Positions 13,286-26,795 of a stretch of 64,000 nt of DNA are shown here, one piece after another. The translations under genes were made by a program, and so were the position numbers. Every line of letters begins with the position of its first letter. Within the stretch, counting starts at the first letter, position 1. The notes beneath the pieces were generated by a model that was not told where the DNA came from, ran no database searches, and saw only the letters and a list, made by a program, of their open reading frames with translations. The DNA comes from Malacoraja senta (taxonomy: Eukaryota), in contig CM075978.1 of the NCBI GenBank assembly GCA_038087875.1, positions 55,924,001 to 55,988,000 on the forward strand, written 5' to 3'.

Positions 13286-14842
13286 TAGCAATGTTACAAA
13301 ATTTTGAGATTTTAAAAATCAAGTCTGCAATTTATCCCATCAGATAAAGCATAAAAAGAAGTTTAATTTGACACCTAATTCACTTTCATATCTTCAGTAT
13401 TTAAAATGTTATGGCCATTTTCATACTCGGAAATTCTTGGATCTTGTTCCCTATTGCTTTTGCATTGACTTAACACAAAAGCTGTGATTGAGGACAGTCA
13501 AAAGCCCATAACTTTCTTAAAAATTAAGAGAACTGAATGACATTTTCAGTTAATATAGATTGAAGCATTCTGAAACAAATATAAAACATCTTGGATGACC
13601 TGAAATTAAAGCATATAGTTAGTTAATTACCTAATTGTAGCTAATTACAAAATTGACCGTTGTGACGGAAATAGTAATAAACACCCAGACTGCCTTGAAA
13701 ATTCAAAAATGTGATATTCTCAAGATCAGAACTTTAATATTATTGTATTATATGCTGTAAGTTCGTAACAGATAGGTAAATAAATTACAATTTCTAGCAA
13801 TAGACCAAGTCTTTATGGAGAAGATCAGTTGCTAGCTGGTACATTGGCATATCATAATCACTAGCATCATCATACTCCTCAGATTATAACCAATAAACAA
13901 CTCTGTACACCTGGTTTTTCCTCAACTCTTCAATTTTGGCATTGTAAACTACAAGTTTTTGCTCTTCAAACCACGCATGACATGCCTTTCTGCCCAATAC
14001 TTTCCCATTAAGAATGTCCTGTAGATTCCATTTCTTAAGAAAAGGATTTTTTTTTTAAATAGCCTAAGTATCCAAATAACAAACTAATCCCATTCACACA
14101 AGAATTCACAATAGAACATGATTTTTAAATCTCACTGTCATGAATTCATATGCTAGATGGAAGGAATTTGATGTTTAATTCCCATAAATTAATCTAGAAG
14201 CATCAATATAATCAAAACAAATATTTTTTTGCACAATACATGGGACTAAAACTGATATTTAGTATAAAAATATTGACTATGCATAGACAATAACACAAAA
14301 TATAGACGATTTAGATGCTCTTATGACATGATTGTCCAAAAAAAAGAGCATTTAAATCATCTTGCGAGTGGGTTTTTTGGAACGCGATCGATTGGAATGT
14401 TGCATTTGCAGTGAATTTGAACCCCATATCGGCAGGAAAAACACTGCCGGTTCGTATGGGGCCAAAATCACATTTTCGCAACGTAAAATTAGATTAAATC
14501 CATCCCAAGAAGCAGGTATATATGTAAAATAAACAACTTACCCTTTGTTTTGTCCCGTTCTTGCGATCCGTCACGTTGTAGGCGTTGAGGACGTTAGAAG
14601 TCGCATTTTATTTTAATCAAATTATTAAATTGTCTCATGATTTAAAAAAAAAAAAAAAAATCGAGAACAGACGTCGGATCAATTATTCTTCAGCAGCTAG
14701 CAGCCCGAGGAAATCCTCCGCCGACAGGCAGCAGAAAACTGGATTTTAATCCCGCCCACCCCCCCTCAAAGGCACCAAAGTCGCGCACACGGCCAGTGGC
14801 AGAACTGCAGCGCCGCTGAAGGTAAGTTTTGTAACATCGCTA
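13286..14842. mobile_element. Non-autonomous DNA transposon with TAG-terminated TIRs and 7-bp TSD (copy A)
   Basis: TIRs tagcaatgttacaaaa / ttttgtaacatcgcta; TSD ttctaat at 13279-13285 and 14843-14849. Confidence 0.85.
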
Positions 14843-16029
14843 TTCTAATCATGGAGATTTATCCACCTTAATGGGTTTTAAAACTGCCAGTACTTTTTCT
14901 TTAGTAATTTGTATATGATCTTGGGCATGACAACTCCTTTGCCTCAATTCCTTAGCTTCCATGATCTTCTCAGTACAAATGATGAGAAATACTTACGGTA
15001 TTTAATATCTCCCCCATTTCTTGTGGTTTGAGACAAAGTTAGTCATGCTGTGCTTTAAGGGGACCTATATTTTTCCTCGTACCTTTTTACTCTTAATGTA
15101 CCTGTAGAATCTGTTGGGATTTTCCTTTACCCTGACCACTAGCTCCATTTCATTTCTTCTTTTTGCCCGCCTGACTGCTTTCTTAAGTTTATTCCTTCCC
15201 TTATACTTGTGGAGGGGTTCACTTGATGCCAACTTCCTAAATCTGACGTATACATCCTTTTTTTGTCCTGACCAAACCCTCAACATCACTCTTCAACCAA
15301 GATTCCCTAAATTTACCAGCCTTACCCTTCATCCTAACAGGAACATGGATAAGGAAAGATTTGGAGGGATATTGGCCAACTGCAGACAGGTGGGACTAGC
15401 ATAGGTGAGCATCTTGGTCACAAAATGGACTAAAGGTTCTGTTTTCATGCTGTATGATTCTATGCTGCCCTTGTTCTCTTGCTATCTCAATTTTGAAAAT
15501 TAGTGCATCTTATTAGTGCATTTCTCACTTGCCGGCATCCCTTACTTGTAAACAACCACAGCAAGTTCCCGCCTAATATTTCCAAATCAAACTTGCTTTA
15601 ATTTAGGATCATTACTTGGGGGCCAATGCTATATTTCTCCATAACTGCTTTAAAACAAATTGAATTATGGTCACTGGTCCCAAAGTACCCCCCACCCCCC
15701 CCATTAACACTTCAGTCACTTGCCCTCCCCAACATGAGTTCCACTGCTGTACCCTCACTAGTAGGGCCCATCATATATTGGTTAAGAAATCTTTTCTTGG
15801 GCATATTTAACAGATTCCACCCCAGCCAAGCCCTTTACACTACTGGAGATCCAGTGGGTAGAATTCCATGTGTAATCTTCAACTCAGTGAACCATAGTGA
15901 GATGATTGCAGTGTGAATAGAAGTATCCATCTCCACAGTGTTTCCTTCCACTCTATGATCTTCAATTATGTCTGATGCCACAGGACATGCACTTGCTTTA
16001 TTTTTTGCACCATATAATGCCACTGTATA

Positions 16030-16330
16030 ATGGGGTTTTGTGGTGCAGCAGGTAGAGCTGTTGCTTTTCAGTACCAGAGACCCTTATTCAATCCTGGTCT
16101 CTGGAGCTATCTGTGTGGAATTTGCATGCTCTCCCTGTGACCATATGGGTCTCCTCCAACCTCCCAAAGACAATGCAGTTTTGTAGGTTAATTAGCCTCT
16201 GTAAATTGCCTCTAGTGTGAAGGGAGTGAATGCAAAAGTGGAATAAGATAGAACTCGTGTGAACGGGTATCGATGGTCAGCGTGACTCAGTGGGCAGAAT
16301 GGCCTGCTTCCCCGCTGTATCTTACAATCA
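16030..16330 (+). mobile_element. tRNA-derived HE1-like SINE
   Basis: A-box-like gtggtgcagcaggtagag, B-box-like ttcaatcct, V-domain-like tgtgtggaatttgcatgctctccctgtg, CR1-like tail. Confidence 0.75.
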
Positions 16331-16695
16331 ATCATTACTACTGCTCTCAAAACAAAAGCTGTCCACATTATGTAAAATGCTGCGAAATGCTAATTTTATT
16401 TTTGAAAAGTATGTCATTACTCCAGGCTACACATTTTGAACACCACGCAGATATCTGTAAATATCTGTTTTGCAATTCATGATAGTCTTCACAGTAACTT
16501 GATTAAGCAAATCATTGCAAAGGTAATAAATGATGTTTCAAAAACAGCGTATCTTCGACAAGACGTGTACACTTTGACTGATCTCAAAAGAAACCTGCCT
16601 GCAAGAAAATTAGCAAAAACAGGGAAAGATAAAGTTCGCACTCTAAGTCAGTTGCTATTCCACATGACGCGTGGGGAATCTCTAGTGTCCAGAAC

Positions 16696-18216
16696 CAAAG
16701 ATCATAGAGGTTCACTCCGCGAAAAAGCCGTAGTATGTGAAGGGTGATCTTCAGCGCCATTTCCGTAACCGGCTTCCGTCATGGTGTCCTCATCTACAAG
16801 CGGAGCGTACTGCTCTGCTATAATTTGCTCGAATCGCCAATGTAGGCGACCCGACCTGTCTTTCTTCAGGTTCCCCATGGAAAAACGATCTTTGGTCGGA
16901 ACGACTGTTACCCGACTGGAACTGATATGTTGAGACTCCGAACCAGTGTGTGTTTGGCACATAGGGCCGCCTGTCTAAACTACACCAAGCGATTGATGTC
17001 AAGGGCTTAAATGTGTATCCACACACACGCCTTTCAGAAAATTGCAGCAACAGCGATAATTAAATTGGAGAATGAAACGAGACAGGTTGGAGTTGAATGA
17101 AGTAGGCGAAGAAGAGAGAAATCACGAGAAAAAGACATGCTCGGCTCAATGTATCAATAATAGTTTTAAAAAACTGGCCAACCCAGTCCAACCTTCCCCA
17201 GTAAATTAACAGGGATACTGCAATAAATTTGGTAACATTGTGTTCCTGTCTTCTGTATTTGTTCTGGAGATTGATGAAACTGACCTAACCTTTGGCAGAA
17301 GTAATTGGTTCTAGGCTGGTGTATGAAGCTATAGCTGGATTTTTTGTGTCCTTGATCCAGATTTAAGACAATTTTGCTCTGTATCTAAGTTTCTTGCAGA
17401 GGCAGCACAAGCTAATTCAGGGAGATTCTGCTATATCAGGTTGAGAGATTAAAGGGTAGACACAAAATGCAGCGGGTCGGGCGGCATTTCTGGACATTTC
17501 GGGTCGAGACCCGTCTTCAGACTGAGTCGGGGAAAGAGGAACACGGTACCAAGGACAAATGAATGGAAGATATGCCGATATCTCCCGTTTCCCTTGACTG
17601 TCAGTCTGAAGAAGACCAGTCGACCCGAAATATCACCTATTCCTTTTCTCCAGAGATGCTGCCTGATCTGCTGATTTACTCCAGCCTTTTGTGTCTGTCT
17701 TCGGTTTAAACCAGCATCTGCAGTTCCTCCCTGTACAAGGTATGTGCTGTTTTCGTGTGTATTAGCGTGTGTCCAGTCAGATTTGGCTTCCAGTCAGATT
17801 AACAATCATGCAAGTTTTCACACACACACTTACTTCAGCAAATAGCGACCAAGGCAGTGCTGACTGTGATGGGGGAAATTGATGAGAGTTTGCTGCATTT
17901 AAAAAGAAATTAAAAACATGTTTTAAAAACAAGTTTTTAAAACATTTAAAAACACAAAAACTGTTCCCCCTCAACGCTAATTACACTGCGAGAGGCATAA
18001 TTGAAGTCGGAGGTACACAAAAATGCTGGAGAAACTCAGCGGATGCAGCAGCATCTATGGAGCGAAGGAAATAGGCAACGTTTCGGGCCGAAACCCTTCT
18101 TCAGACTGAAGTCGGGTTGGGTTTACTGAAATGGCGGAAGTTACGCTCCGTTGCGTACTACACTCAGTCCATTGGATTTCAGGAGTGAACCATCTTGCTC
18201 TGCTCTATGATCTTTG
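16696..18216 (+). mobile_element. P-element-like non-autonomous transposon
   Basis: Perfect 14-bp TIRs CAAAGATCATAGAG / CTCTATGATCTTTG; 8-bp TSD tccagaac at 16688-16695 and 18217-18224; THAP remnant inside. Confidence 0.82.
16781..16888 (+). pseudogene. N-terminal half of a THAP zinc finger (transposase exon-1 remnant)
   Basis: ATG at 16781 reads MVSSSTSGAYCSAIICSNRQCRRPDLSFFRFPMEKR, matching the THAP pattern C-x4-C...SFFRFP. Confidence 0.75.
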
Positions 18217-18834
18217 TCCAGAACCAATGACCCCATCGAGCAACTAGTCATATTGAAGAATTGGAAAAGGCAGCAAACCATACACTGTGGAGGATCAGGT
18301 AATGAACAAAACAGACTGTATAATTCTGCCCCAGACTTTGTTCTTGTCTTTCCTCTGTTGTAATAGAGTGTTGTTATTCTCTACAGATTCAAGTTTTTCT
18401 ACAAATCTATATATTTAAAGAAATTAGATCTCTGGAGAAAAATTAACAGTGACTTTGAAACAAACAGCAACCTTAAGAACTTACAGTATACCTGAAGATG
18501 TCAAGATATTTCTACTGCTGGGAGAATCTCAAATGAGGGACATGATTACATCATTGAAACCTGAGATGTGTAAGAGCATCACTTAGATTGGTCTGATTTG
18601 GTTTATTATTGTTTATTTTTGTTATCATATGCACCAAGATCATTCCGCACATGAGTATATCAGGTTTGCAAATGAGAAAATAAACACTGTAAAATATAGT
18701 GTTACTGATGCAGAGAAAGTACAGATGAAAAATACAATTGGAAGATCGGGAATACATCCCCAGCATATAAGATTCATTTGCGTGTCTGATAACAGTGTCT
18801 GATCACGCTCCCAATGTGCATAATTGATTTTAGA

Positions 18835-20200
18835 GTCTTGCAGCACAGAAGTGTGCCCTGTTCCCCAATATGTTGACCAAGATTCCCCATCAAAGCTAGT
18901 CCCACTTCCCCATGTTTGGATCATTTCCCTTCAATTCTTTCCCGTTTATGGACCTATCCAAATGTCTTTTAAATGCTATTATACCCATCTCCATCGCTTC
19001 CTCTGGCAGCTCGTTCCATATACCCCCCCCCCCTCTTTGTGTGTAAACGGTGCCTCTCAAGTTCCTATTAAATGTTTCCACTCTAACCGTAAACTATGCT
19101 CTCTAGTTCTTGATACCCTTGGAAAAAGACTCTGCATTCACCCTTTCTATTCCCGTCATGATTGTATACATCTCTATGAGGTCACCCTTCATCCTCCTGT
19201 GTTCCAAGGATCAAAGTCCTAGTCTGCCTGACATCTACCTATAGCTCAGGCCCTTGAGTCGTAACAACATCTTCAAAAGTATTTTCTGCATCCATTCCAG
19301 CTTAATGACACCCTTCCAACATCAAAACTGAACACAATACCCTGTGCAGTCTCATCTACATCTTGTACAACTGTAATATAATGTTCTAAAGCCTACACGC
19401 AATACCCTGACAGATGAAAGCCAAAATGCCAAAAACCTTCTTCACCATCCTATCTACCTGTGACACCACTCAGGGAACTATGTAGTTGTATGCCGATATG
19501 CCACTGCTCCACAACATTCCCCAGTGCCCCTCCATTCACTGTGAAGATCCTGCCCTGATTTGACTTCCCAAAATGCAATGTCTCACCCTTATCTGTATCA
19601 AACTCCATTAGCTATTCCTCAGCCCATATGCCCAGCTGATCAAGATCCCCCTGTAATTCTTAATATCCTTTGCTGTCACCACCTACTTTGTGCCATCCAT
19701 AAACGTAATGATCATGCCTTGTAATTCTCATGTAATTGTTGATATAGACCACAAACAGCAACTGGTCCCACACTGTTCCCTAAGGTGCTCCAATTGTAAC
19801 ACACCTCCAGTCCGAAAAAATACCCTTCTCCGCCACCTCTGCTTCCTACCATGAATCCAGTTCCTTATCCAGTTAGCTAGCTCTCCCTGGATCCCATACA
19901 ATTGAATCTTCCAGAGCAGCCTATCTATCAAAGACCTTGTTGAAATCCATATAAACAATGTTTACAGCCCTGCCCTCGTCAATCTTCTTGGTTCTTTTTT
20001 TTAATAATTCAATTTTGTGAGATACGATCTCCCAAGCACAAATAATCATGCTGACTATCACTGTCTATCCAAATGCATGTTTTCTTATACCTCAGAATAC
20101 CTCTCCATCAACTTTCCTACCACAGGTGTCAGGTTTATTGGTCTATAGTTCCTGAGGTTTCCTTTGCAACCCTTCTTAAATAGGGGTACCACATTAGTTG
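18835..20200 (-). mobile_element. CR1 LINE fragment, degenerate
   Basis: RLLWKIQLYGIQGELANWIRNW and IWNELPEEA motifs. Confidence 0.85.
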
Positions 20201-21280
20201 GGCTTGCCTTGAAACCGCAGTAAGTGCACCATTCTTCCCCACACCTTCTCCCTCACTGCTATCCAAGGATCTATAACGTCATTCCAGATGAAGGGAAAGA
20301 TTCACCTGAAACTCCTCCAACCTCATCTACTCGTCTACATTTGGTACTCGCGATGTAGCCTCCTCTACATCAGCAGGACATAGCACAGACTGGGCAACTG
20401 GTTTTGAGAGCACCTGCATTCTGTACCCACACCACTGTCCATTCTTGGCGTTCTCTATTGCCAGTATGAGGCCCATTGTAAACTCGAAAGCCAACACCTC
20501 ATATGAGGCCCGGTAGTTTACAACCCAATGCTTTGAATATTGACATTTTCAGTTTTGGGTAACCCTCACCTGTGCTTCCCAGCCCGACCCACCCACCTTC
20601 TGATCCACCTTCAGTCCTCCCATTTCTGTTCCCTCCTCCATTCCCCACTCTGGCCCTCCGTCACCCATTTTTGTCTCCTAACTCCCTCTGATTACATCAC
20701 CACACTTTACCCACCAACTCCCCATTCTGAAGATAGACACAAAAAGCTGGGATAACTCCCTGGTACAGGCAGCATCTCTGGAGAGAAGGAATGGGTGATG
20801 TTTCCGGTCAAGACCCTTCTTCAGAGTTACTCCAGCTTTTTGTGTCTATCTTCGGTTGAAGTTCCTTCCTACGCAGCTCCCCATTCTGGTTCCATTTGAT
20901 CTTCACCCCTCCCGTAACTGTTCCCATTATCACTTTACCTATTTATCTGATTCCTGCACAGCCTTTGTATCTCCCCCACCAGCTCCCTCTGTCTCCCATT
21001 GCCGCCCATTCCCCATCTGACTCCACCTGCCCATTATTATTCATCCATCCCCAGTCCTCCAACCAACTACCGGCCCCTGTCTCACGTCTAACCCTCTCCT
21101 CTCCTCTGCTTACCAGCTATCTTCCATCTCCACCTTCAATGCTGTTGAAGGATTTCAACCCAAAACATTGACAATACCCTCCTACCTCAACCCCCCCCCC
21201 CCTCCACACACACACACACAGATGCTGCTCAACCTGCTAAGTTCCAACAGTTTGTTTATTGCAGAATATGCAATCTCCAG
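20200..21280 (+). mobile_element. Old Penelope 3' relic with a nested fold-back short element
   Basis: Degenerate GIY-YIG-coding DNA (tccaacctcatctac) and a pyrimidine-rich 3' UTR like the intact copies. Confidence 0.65.
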
Positions 21281-22029
21281 AGTTTCAGTAAAACCTGGTA
21301 TGTGGTTATTTAATATTTATTTTGTGTTGTGTGGAGGACTTTGTCTGCAGATTTGCAGCAATATTGTGCATATAACAACAGTGACACAATTTCAACAAAG
21401 TACTTCTGTGGGTGGAAAACTTTCTAACTTCCCCTTGTCCTGGGTATGGAGAGACAGTGATTCGATGGGCAGCTGGTGTGGCTTTTACTCGCGAGTGATG
21501 GCTTGCTGCAGAGCTGCTTTGTTTTTCTAGGGTAGATTCAAGCATAAGCTACAGAGCAATGAAATTCAGTTACTAAGGATTGAAAAGGGAGGGTCCAGAG
21601 GTCATGCTGAGCATGGGCAGACTGAGATCCTGCTCAATGTGCAATTTAGTTAACGGCTGCAACATGATAGTCCAGTTAAGTTAATCTTATTAGATTTATC
21701 TTGAATAGTATGTACACCAGATGCAGTTGCGTCCGCTGAGTTGCTGCAGACCATGAACATCTCAACACTCGTGCTGTCATAATGTGTCTGGGAGCTCAAA
21801 CATTGGCCAGTAATGCAACCAATTCTAAGAAATATTTAAATGCAGAGTCAAGTTACGGCAGATGCTGGAATCTTTTTTTTAAAGCAAGCTGCTGGAGAAA
21901 CTCAGCAGCTCAGGGAGCATCATATAAAACCAACCTCCCTTCCATTAACTCTATTTATACCTCACACTGCCTCGGTAAGGCCACCGGCATAATCAAGGTC
22001 GAATCCCACTCCAGCCATTCCCTCTTGGG

Positions 22030-23988
22030 GACAACGCAGCATACAAATTGGCACGGAGAAATCTTTCCCGGGGGATCAGGGAAGCGAAGAGGCGGTATGC
22101 ACAAAAACTAAACAGCCACTTCACAAACGACAAAGACACACGTCGCTTGTGGCAGGGATTTCATACCATCACTGACCACAAGCCCCCCCCCCCCCCCCCA
22201 CTGCGGATATGCCAAAATGACCCCTCTCTACCAGACGAACAAAACGAGTTTTATGCACGTTTTGAGGCTAAAAATACCACTCAGGCACAAGCACTCCTGC
22301 CATCATCCAGCGACCAGTCACTCAGGCTGTCCACAGCTGGAGTTAAAAAGGCCTTCGCCAGCGTCAATCCACACAAAGCTGCAGGGCCGGACAACATCCC
22401 TGGACGCGTTTTAAAGGACTGCGCAGAGCAACTGAAAGATGTTTTTGTAGACATTTTGTAGACATTTTTAACATCTCACTCAGCCAGGCATTAGTGCCCA
22501 ACTGCCTCAAAAGTGCCATCATCGTTCCGGTCCCAAAGAAGCCCAACCCAGCCTGTCTCAATGACTTTCGTCCAGTGGCTCTCACACCCATATTAATGAA
22601 GTGTTTTGAGCGGCTGGTCATGCAGCACATCAGAAACTGTCTCCCTGCCAACCTGGACCCACTACAGTTTGCTTACAGAACCAACCGGTCCACAGAGGAC
22701 GCAGTCTCTACAACACTCAACCTCGCGCTGTCACATCTCGACCAGAAGAACACTATGCCAGGATCCTCTTCATAGACTTCAGCTCAGCTTTTAATACAAT
22801 GATTCCACAGCAGCTGGTGGAAAAGCTGAAGCTGTTGAAGGTGAACACTGGCACCTGCAATTGGGCCCTTAACTTTTTGACGCAGCGGCAGCAGACAGTC
22901 AGGGTGGGCAGCCGTACATCAAGAACCATCGCAGTGAGCACTGGCTCACCCCAAGGCTGTGTCCTGAGCCCCCTGCTGTTCAGTCTGCTTACTCATGACT
23001 GCACTCCCAGACTCAGCAACAATTACATCAATAAGTTCGCTGACGACACAACAGTGGTGGGTCTCATCAGTGACAATAATGAGTCGGCATACAGGATGGA
23101 GGTGGAGCTGCTTACAGAGTGGTGCAGATCTCACAACCTCACCCTCAACGTGGATAAGACGAAGGAGATGGTGATTGATTTCAGGAGGGCTGGCAAACAC
23201 CATCATACACCGCTGCACATTGATGGTGCTGCTGTGGAGAGGGTTAGCAGCGTGAAGTTCCTGGGAGTTCACCTGGCAGACGACCTGACCTCAACGACCA
23301 ACACCACAGCAGTCAACAAAAGAGCACAGCAACAGCTCCACCCCCTCCGGAGACTCAGAAAAGCAGGTCTCCCCACTGTTCACCTAACGACCTTCTACAG
23401 GGGAACCATTGAGAGCTTACTGGCCTACGGCATCACTTCCTGGTTTGGGAGCTGCAAGGCCTATGAACAAAGACAGCTAAACAGGATAGTGAAGACAGCC
23501 AGTAGGATCATTGCTGCTCCACTCCCTTTCCTGTTGGAGATCTATCAGAAGCGGAGCATCAGCAGAGCCATATCCATCATCAAGGACCCTTATCACCCAT
23601 CCCACCACATCTTCTCCATTCTGCCATCTGGGAAGAGGTACAGGAGTATCAGCTGCAGAACCAGCAGGATGCTAAACAGCTTCTTCCCACAAGCAATAAA
23701 AATGGTTAACGGACTGTGTCCCCTCCCCATACACATACACCCCCACATCTAATCTAACCCCGCCCAAACCTTGACAGCTAGACACTTGTCAAGGTAAAGT
23801 CACTGTTTGGTCTGAATTTCTGTTTTTAGTTCAATTTTAGGTCTATTTTAGATATGTTAATTTTAAAGTTGTATGTATTTATTCTGTTTTTATTAATTGC
23901 ACTGACAGGAACTGATGAGAAACAATTTTTTGTTTCTTCTGTGTATGTAAGTACTCAGTGAAACGACAATAAAGTTAATACTGAATAC
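22030..23988 (+). mobile_element. Rex1/Babar-type non-LTR retrotransposon, 5'-truncated
   Basis: [60 protein letters not shown] and KFADDTT motifs; few frameshifts (11-bp duplication near 22443-22464); ends aataaag...ctgaat. Confidence 0.88.
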
Positions 23989-25089
23989 TTCTCTTCCCCC
24001 TTCAGGCAAGAGGTATAGAGGTACACACACGTCCAGATTCAGGGACAGTTTTTTCCAAACTGTTGTCAGGCAACTGAACCATCCTACCAACAACAATAGA
24101 ACAGCCCTGAGCTACTATCTACCTCATTGGAGACTTTATCTTGCACTAAACGTTATTCACATTATCCCTTTATCATTTATCATTATGGAGGATCGATTCT
24201 AATCATAGATTGTCTTTCCACTGACTGGTTAGCACGCAACAAAAGCATGCAAGAAAGGGAGGAACAGTAACGGACAGCATGTAGAAGGAGGTGGAGGATC
24301 AGTATGGGTTGTCATCGGGAAGAGCAGGGAAATCTTACTTGGACAAGAATTGGGCTCAGAAAAGCTGATCCAACAGGAGTCGAGTGTTTATCACCTGTGA
24401 GGGGGAGAACAAAGATTGTTGGAAGATCATGTAGAACCTGACCATGTTTCCTTGGAAGGGCAAGGTATCCATGGTTAGGGTAGGATGTGTCTACGAGGAG
24501 AAGCTGAGAGGGGAATCCCGTACCCTGGGGGATGAATGACATCCTTCCTGGTGTTGAGGGAACGACATGGTAAGCTTTGTACCTGATAGCAGCAAAGTGG
24601 CTTGGTGAGAGAAGGGGAGCATGTGATCCAGCCTAAGATCACAGCTTTGGAAAGAGCCAGCAAGCACCCATGTTTAGAGACTACCAGGTTCCAGGAGCTA
24701 AATAAAACAATTGAACTCAAAGGTTGTAATCTCTTGTTTATAAATTAAGCCATACACAAATTGGTTTAAGGTTAAGAAGATTAGGGAGTTGAACGTTGCT
24801 GAAGGAATGATGTGAGGAGGGGGCTCATTTTATGTCACAGAAGTGCACTGGGATCAGTCTCATGGTCTGAGTGCAAAGGATTGGATGCGTGAATTATAGA
24901 TGGTGTTGAGGTACAGGAACGGATTTGAGTGAAAAGTTAGTTGTAGTTATTAAACAACTGAACGGGAAGGGAGCAGAATTGGCCAGAAGATGTTTTAAGC
25001 TCCAAGGGTCAACAGAATCTGAAATATCCACATAGCGAGAATGCTTTCAGCTAACTATAGGGTATGTGACTTTTTTGATGTAAAGGTAA

Positions 25090-25480
25090 GCCACTTGAGT
25101 AACTCAGTGGGTTATGTAGCATCTTTGGAGAACATTAATAGGTGATGTTTGGGGTCGTTTGTAGAGGTTGTTTGTAGGTAAGGTACCTAAATTGAAGAAT
25201 TCAATGTTCAGACCATGAGGTTAAAAAGCTGTCCAAGTGGAATATGAGGTGCCACTCCTTCAGTTTGCATGTGGGCTCACATTAGCAATGGGGGCGGCCC
25301 AGGACAGAAAGGTCAGCATGGGATGGGAAGGGGAATTCAAAGAGTTAGCTACTGAGATATCCAGCTTGCCTTGGCAGACCGAGCACAAGTATTTGGCAAA
25401 ATGGTGGACTAGTCTACGCTTGGTCTCGCCGATGCAAAGGAGGCCACATTGAGAACACCAAATGTAGTAGATAGACCAGG
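25090..25480 (-). mobile_element. Penelope GIY-YIG relic
   Basis: IYYIWCSQCGLLCIGETKRRL in frame 25260..25526. Confidence 0.8.
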
Positions 25481-26139
25481 GGAACTCCGTCGTTGTTCCG
25501 TCTTTTTGGAAATGGAGTGAGAGCAAAACTACGGGATATAGATGAAACGCAGGTGAGGATCCAATTTGTTTAGGATCTTGTTTAGGATCACAACTTGTTT
25601 AGGATCACAACAGAACCAATCCCAGCATAGCTATCTGCCTCAGTCAAGAAATCTTGCTGGATTTTAATGTCATTTTATTATGTTAACACTGAAAGTAATT
25701 ATTTCTACAAAGTAATTATCTAAAATGTACATATTTGATTATAAAAGTACAGAGATTATATAGCTTAATTTTCCTAAAAGATTACAAATCGGAATAAAAG
25801 AGCTAATTTTATTTCTCTATTTTCAAAATAAACTGTACATAGAATTAATTTAATTAATTGGGATTAATTAATGAAGGTAAAATTAATGTAGGTTCCTTGT
25901 TGATTTTTCAGGACATGGTTACCAAGAGTAAAGACAGCATTTATTGTCCTTGAAAAGGACACTCACCACCACCAACTACCATCTTGCCCCTTGTATATAC
26001 CAAGATGTACATTTTTTTTTGGCTCCGTCTCTGGCAACTCCCGGTGAGAGAGATGGACTAAAACATTTTTGAAAGGGCTTTCAATTTTGCACGTCCCCCC
26101 CGCACCTCCCCCCCCCGGGATTTCCGCCCATGTGTCCAT

Positions 26140-26795
26140 AGCTTGCTGAAAGTAAGCAACATAAGTAGATTGAGTAGTAAAAAAAGCATATGGTATGCTT
26201 GCCTTCATTGGTTGGGGCATTGTAAGAGTCGGGGCGTCGTTTTGCAGCTTGATAAAACTTTATTTGGGCCACTTTTGGAGTATAGTAAACAATGTTGGTC
26301 ATCCCGTTAAAGGAACATTATGGAGGCTTTGGAGAGGGTGCAGAAAAGGTTTACCTGCAGCCTGAATTAGAGGGCATTAGCTATAAAGGGATGTTGAACA
26401 AACTTGGATTGTTTTCACTGGAGCTGATAGAAGTATATAAAATTGAGAGAGAGATAGGATTGATAGGATAAACAGTTGGAACTTTATACTCAGGGTGGAA
26501 ATGTCAAAGGCTGGAGACCTTAGCTTTAAGGTGAGATGGAGAAAGTTTAAAGGAGATGTGCGGGTGTGATTATTATTTTAGAGAGCGGTCGGTTCCTGGA
26601 AGGTACTGCCAGGGTGGTGGGAGGGGCAAATATATGAGAGTTGCATTTAAAAGGCTTTAGATAGGCACAGGGATAGGCAGGTAATGGAAGGATATTAATT
26701 GTGTGCAGGCAGAGCAGATTGGCTAACTTGGTGTCATGTTCGGCAAATGTTGTGGGCCGAAGGGCCAGTTCCCGTGCTGTACTGTTCTATGTTCT
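26140..26795 (+). mobile_element. CR1 3' fragment
   Basis: CR1 C-terminal coding DNA and 3' UTR ending gttctatgttct. Confidence 0.8.

Noticed and set aside
16030-16110. tRNA gene
   Set aside because: The tRNA-like head continues into a SINE body and tail; no intact cloverleaf.
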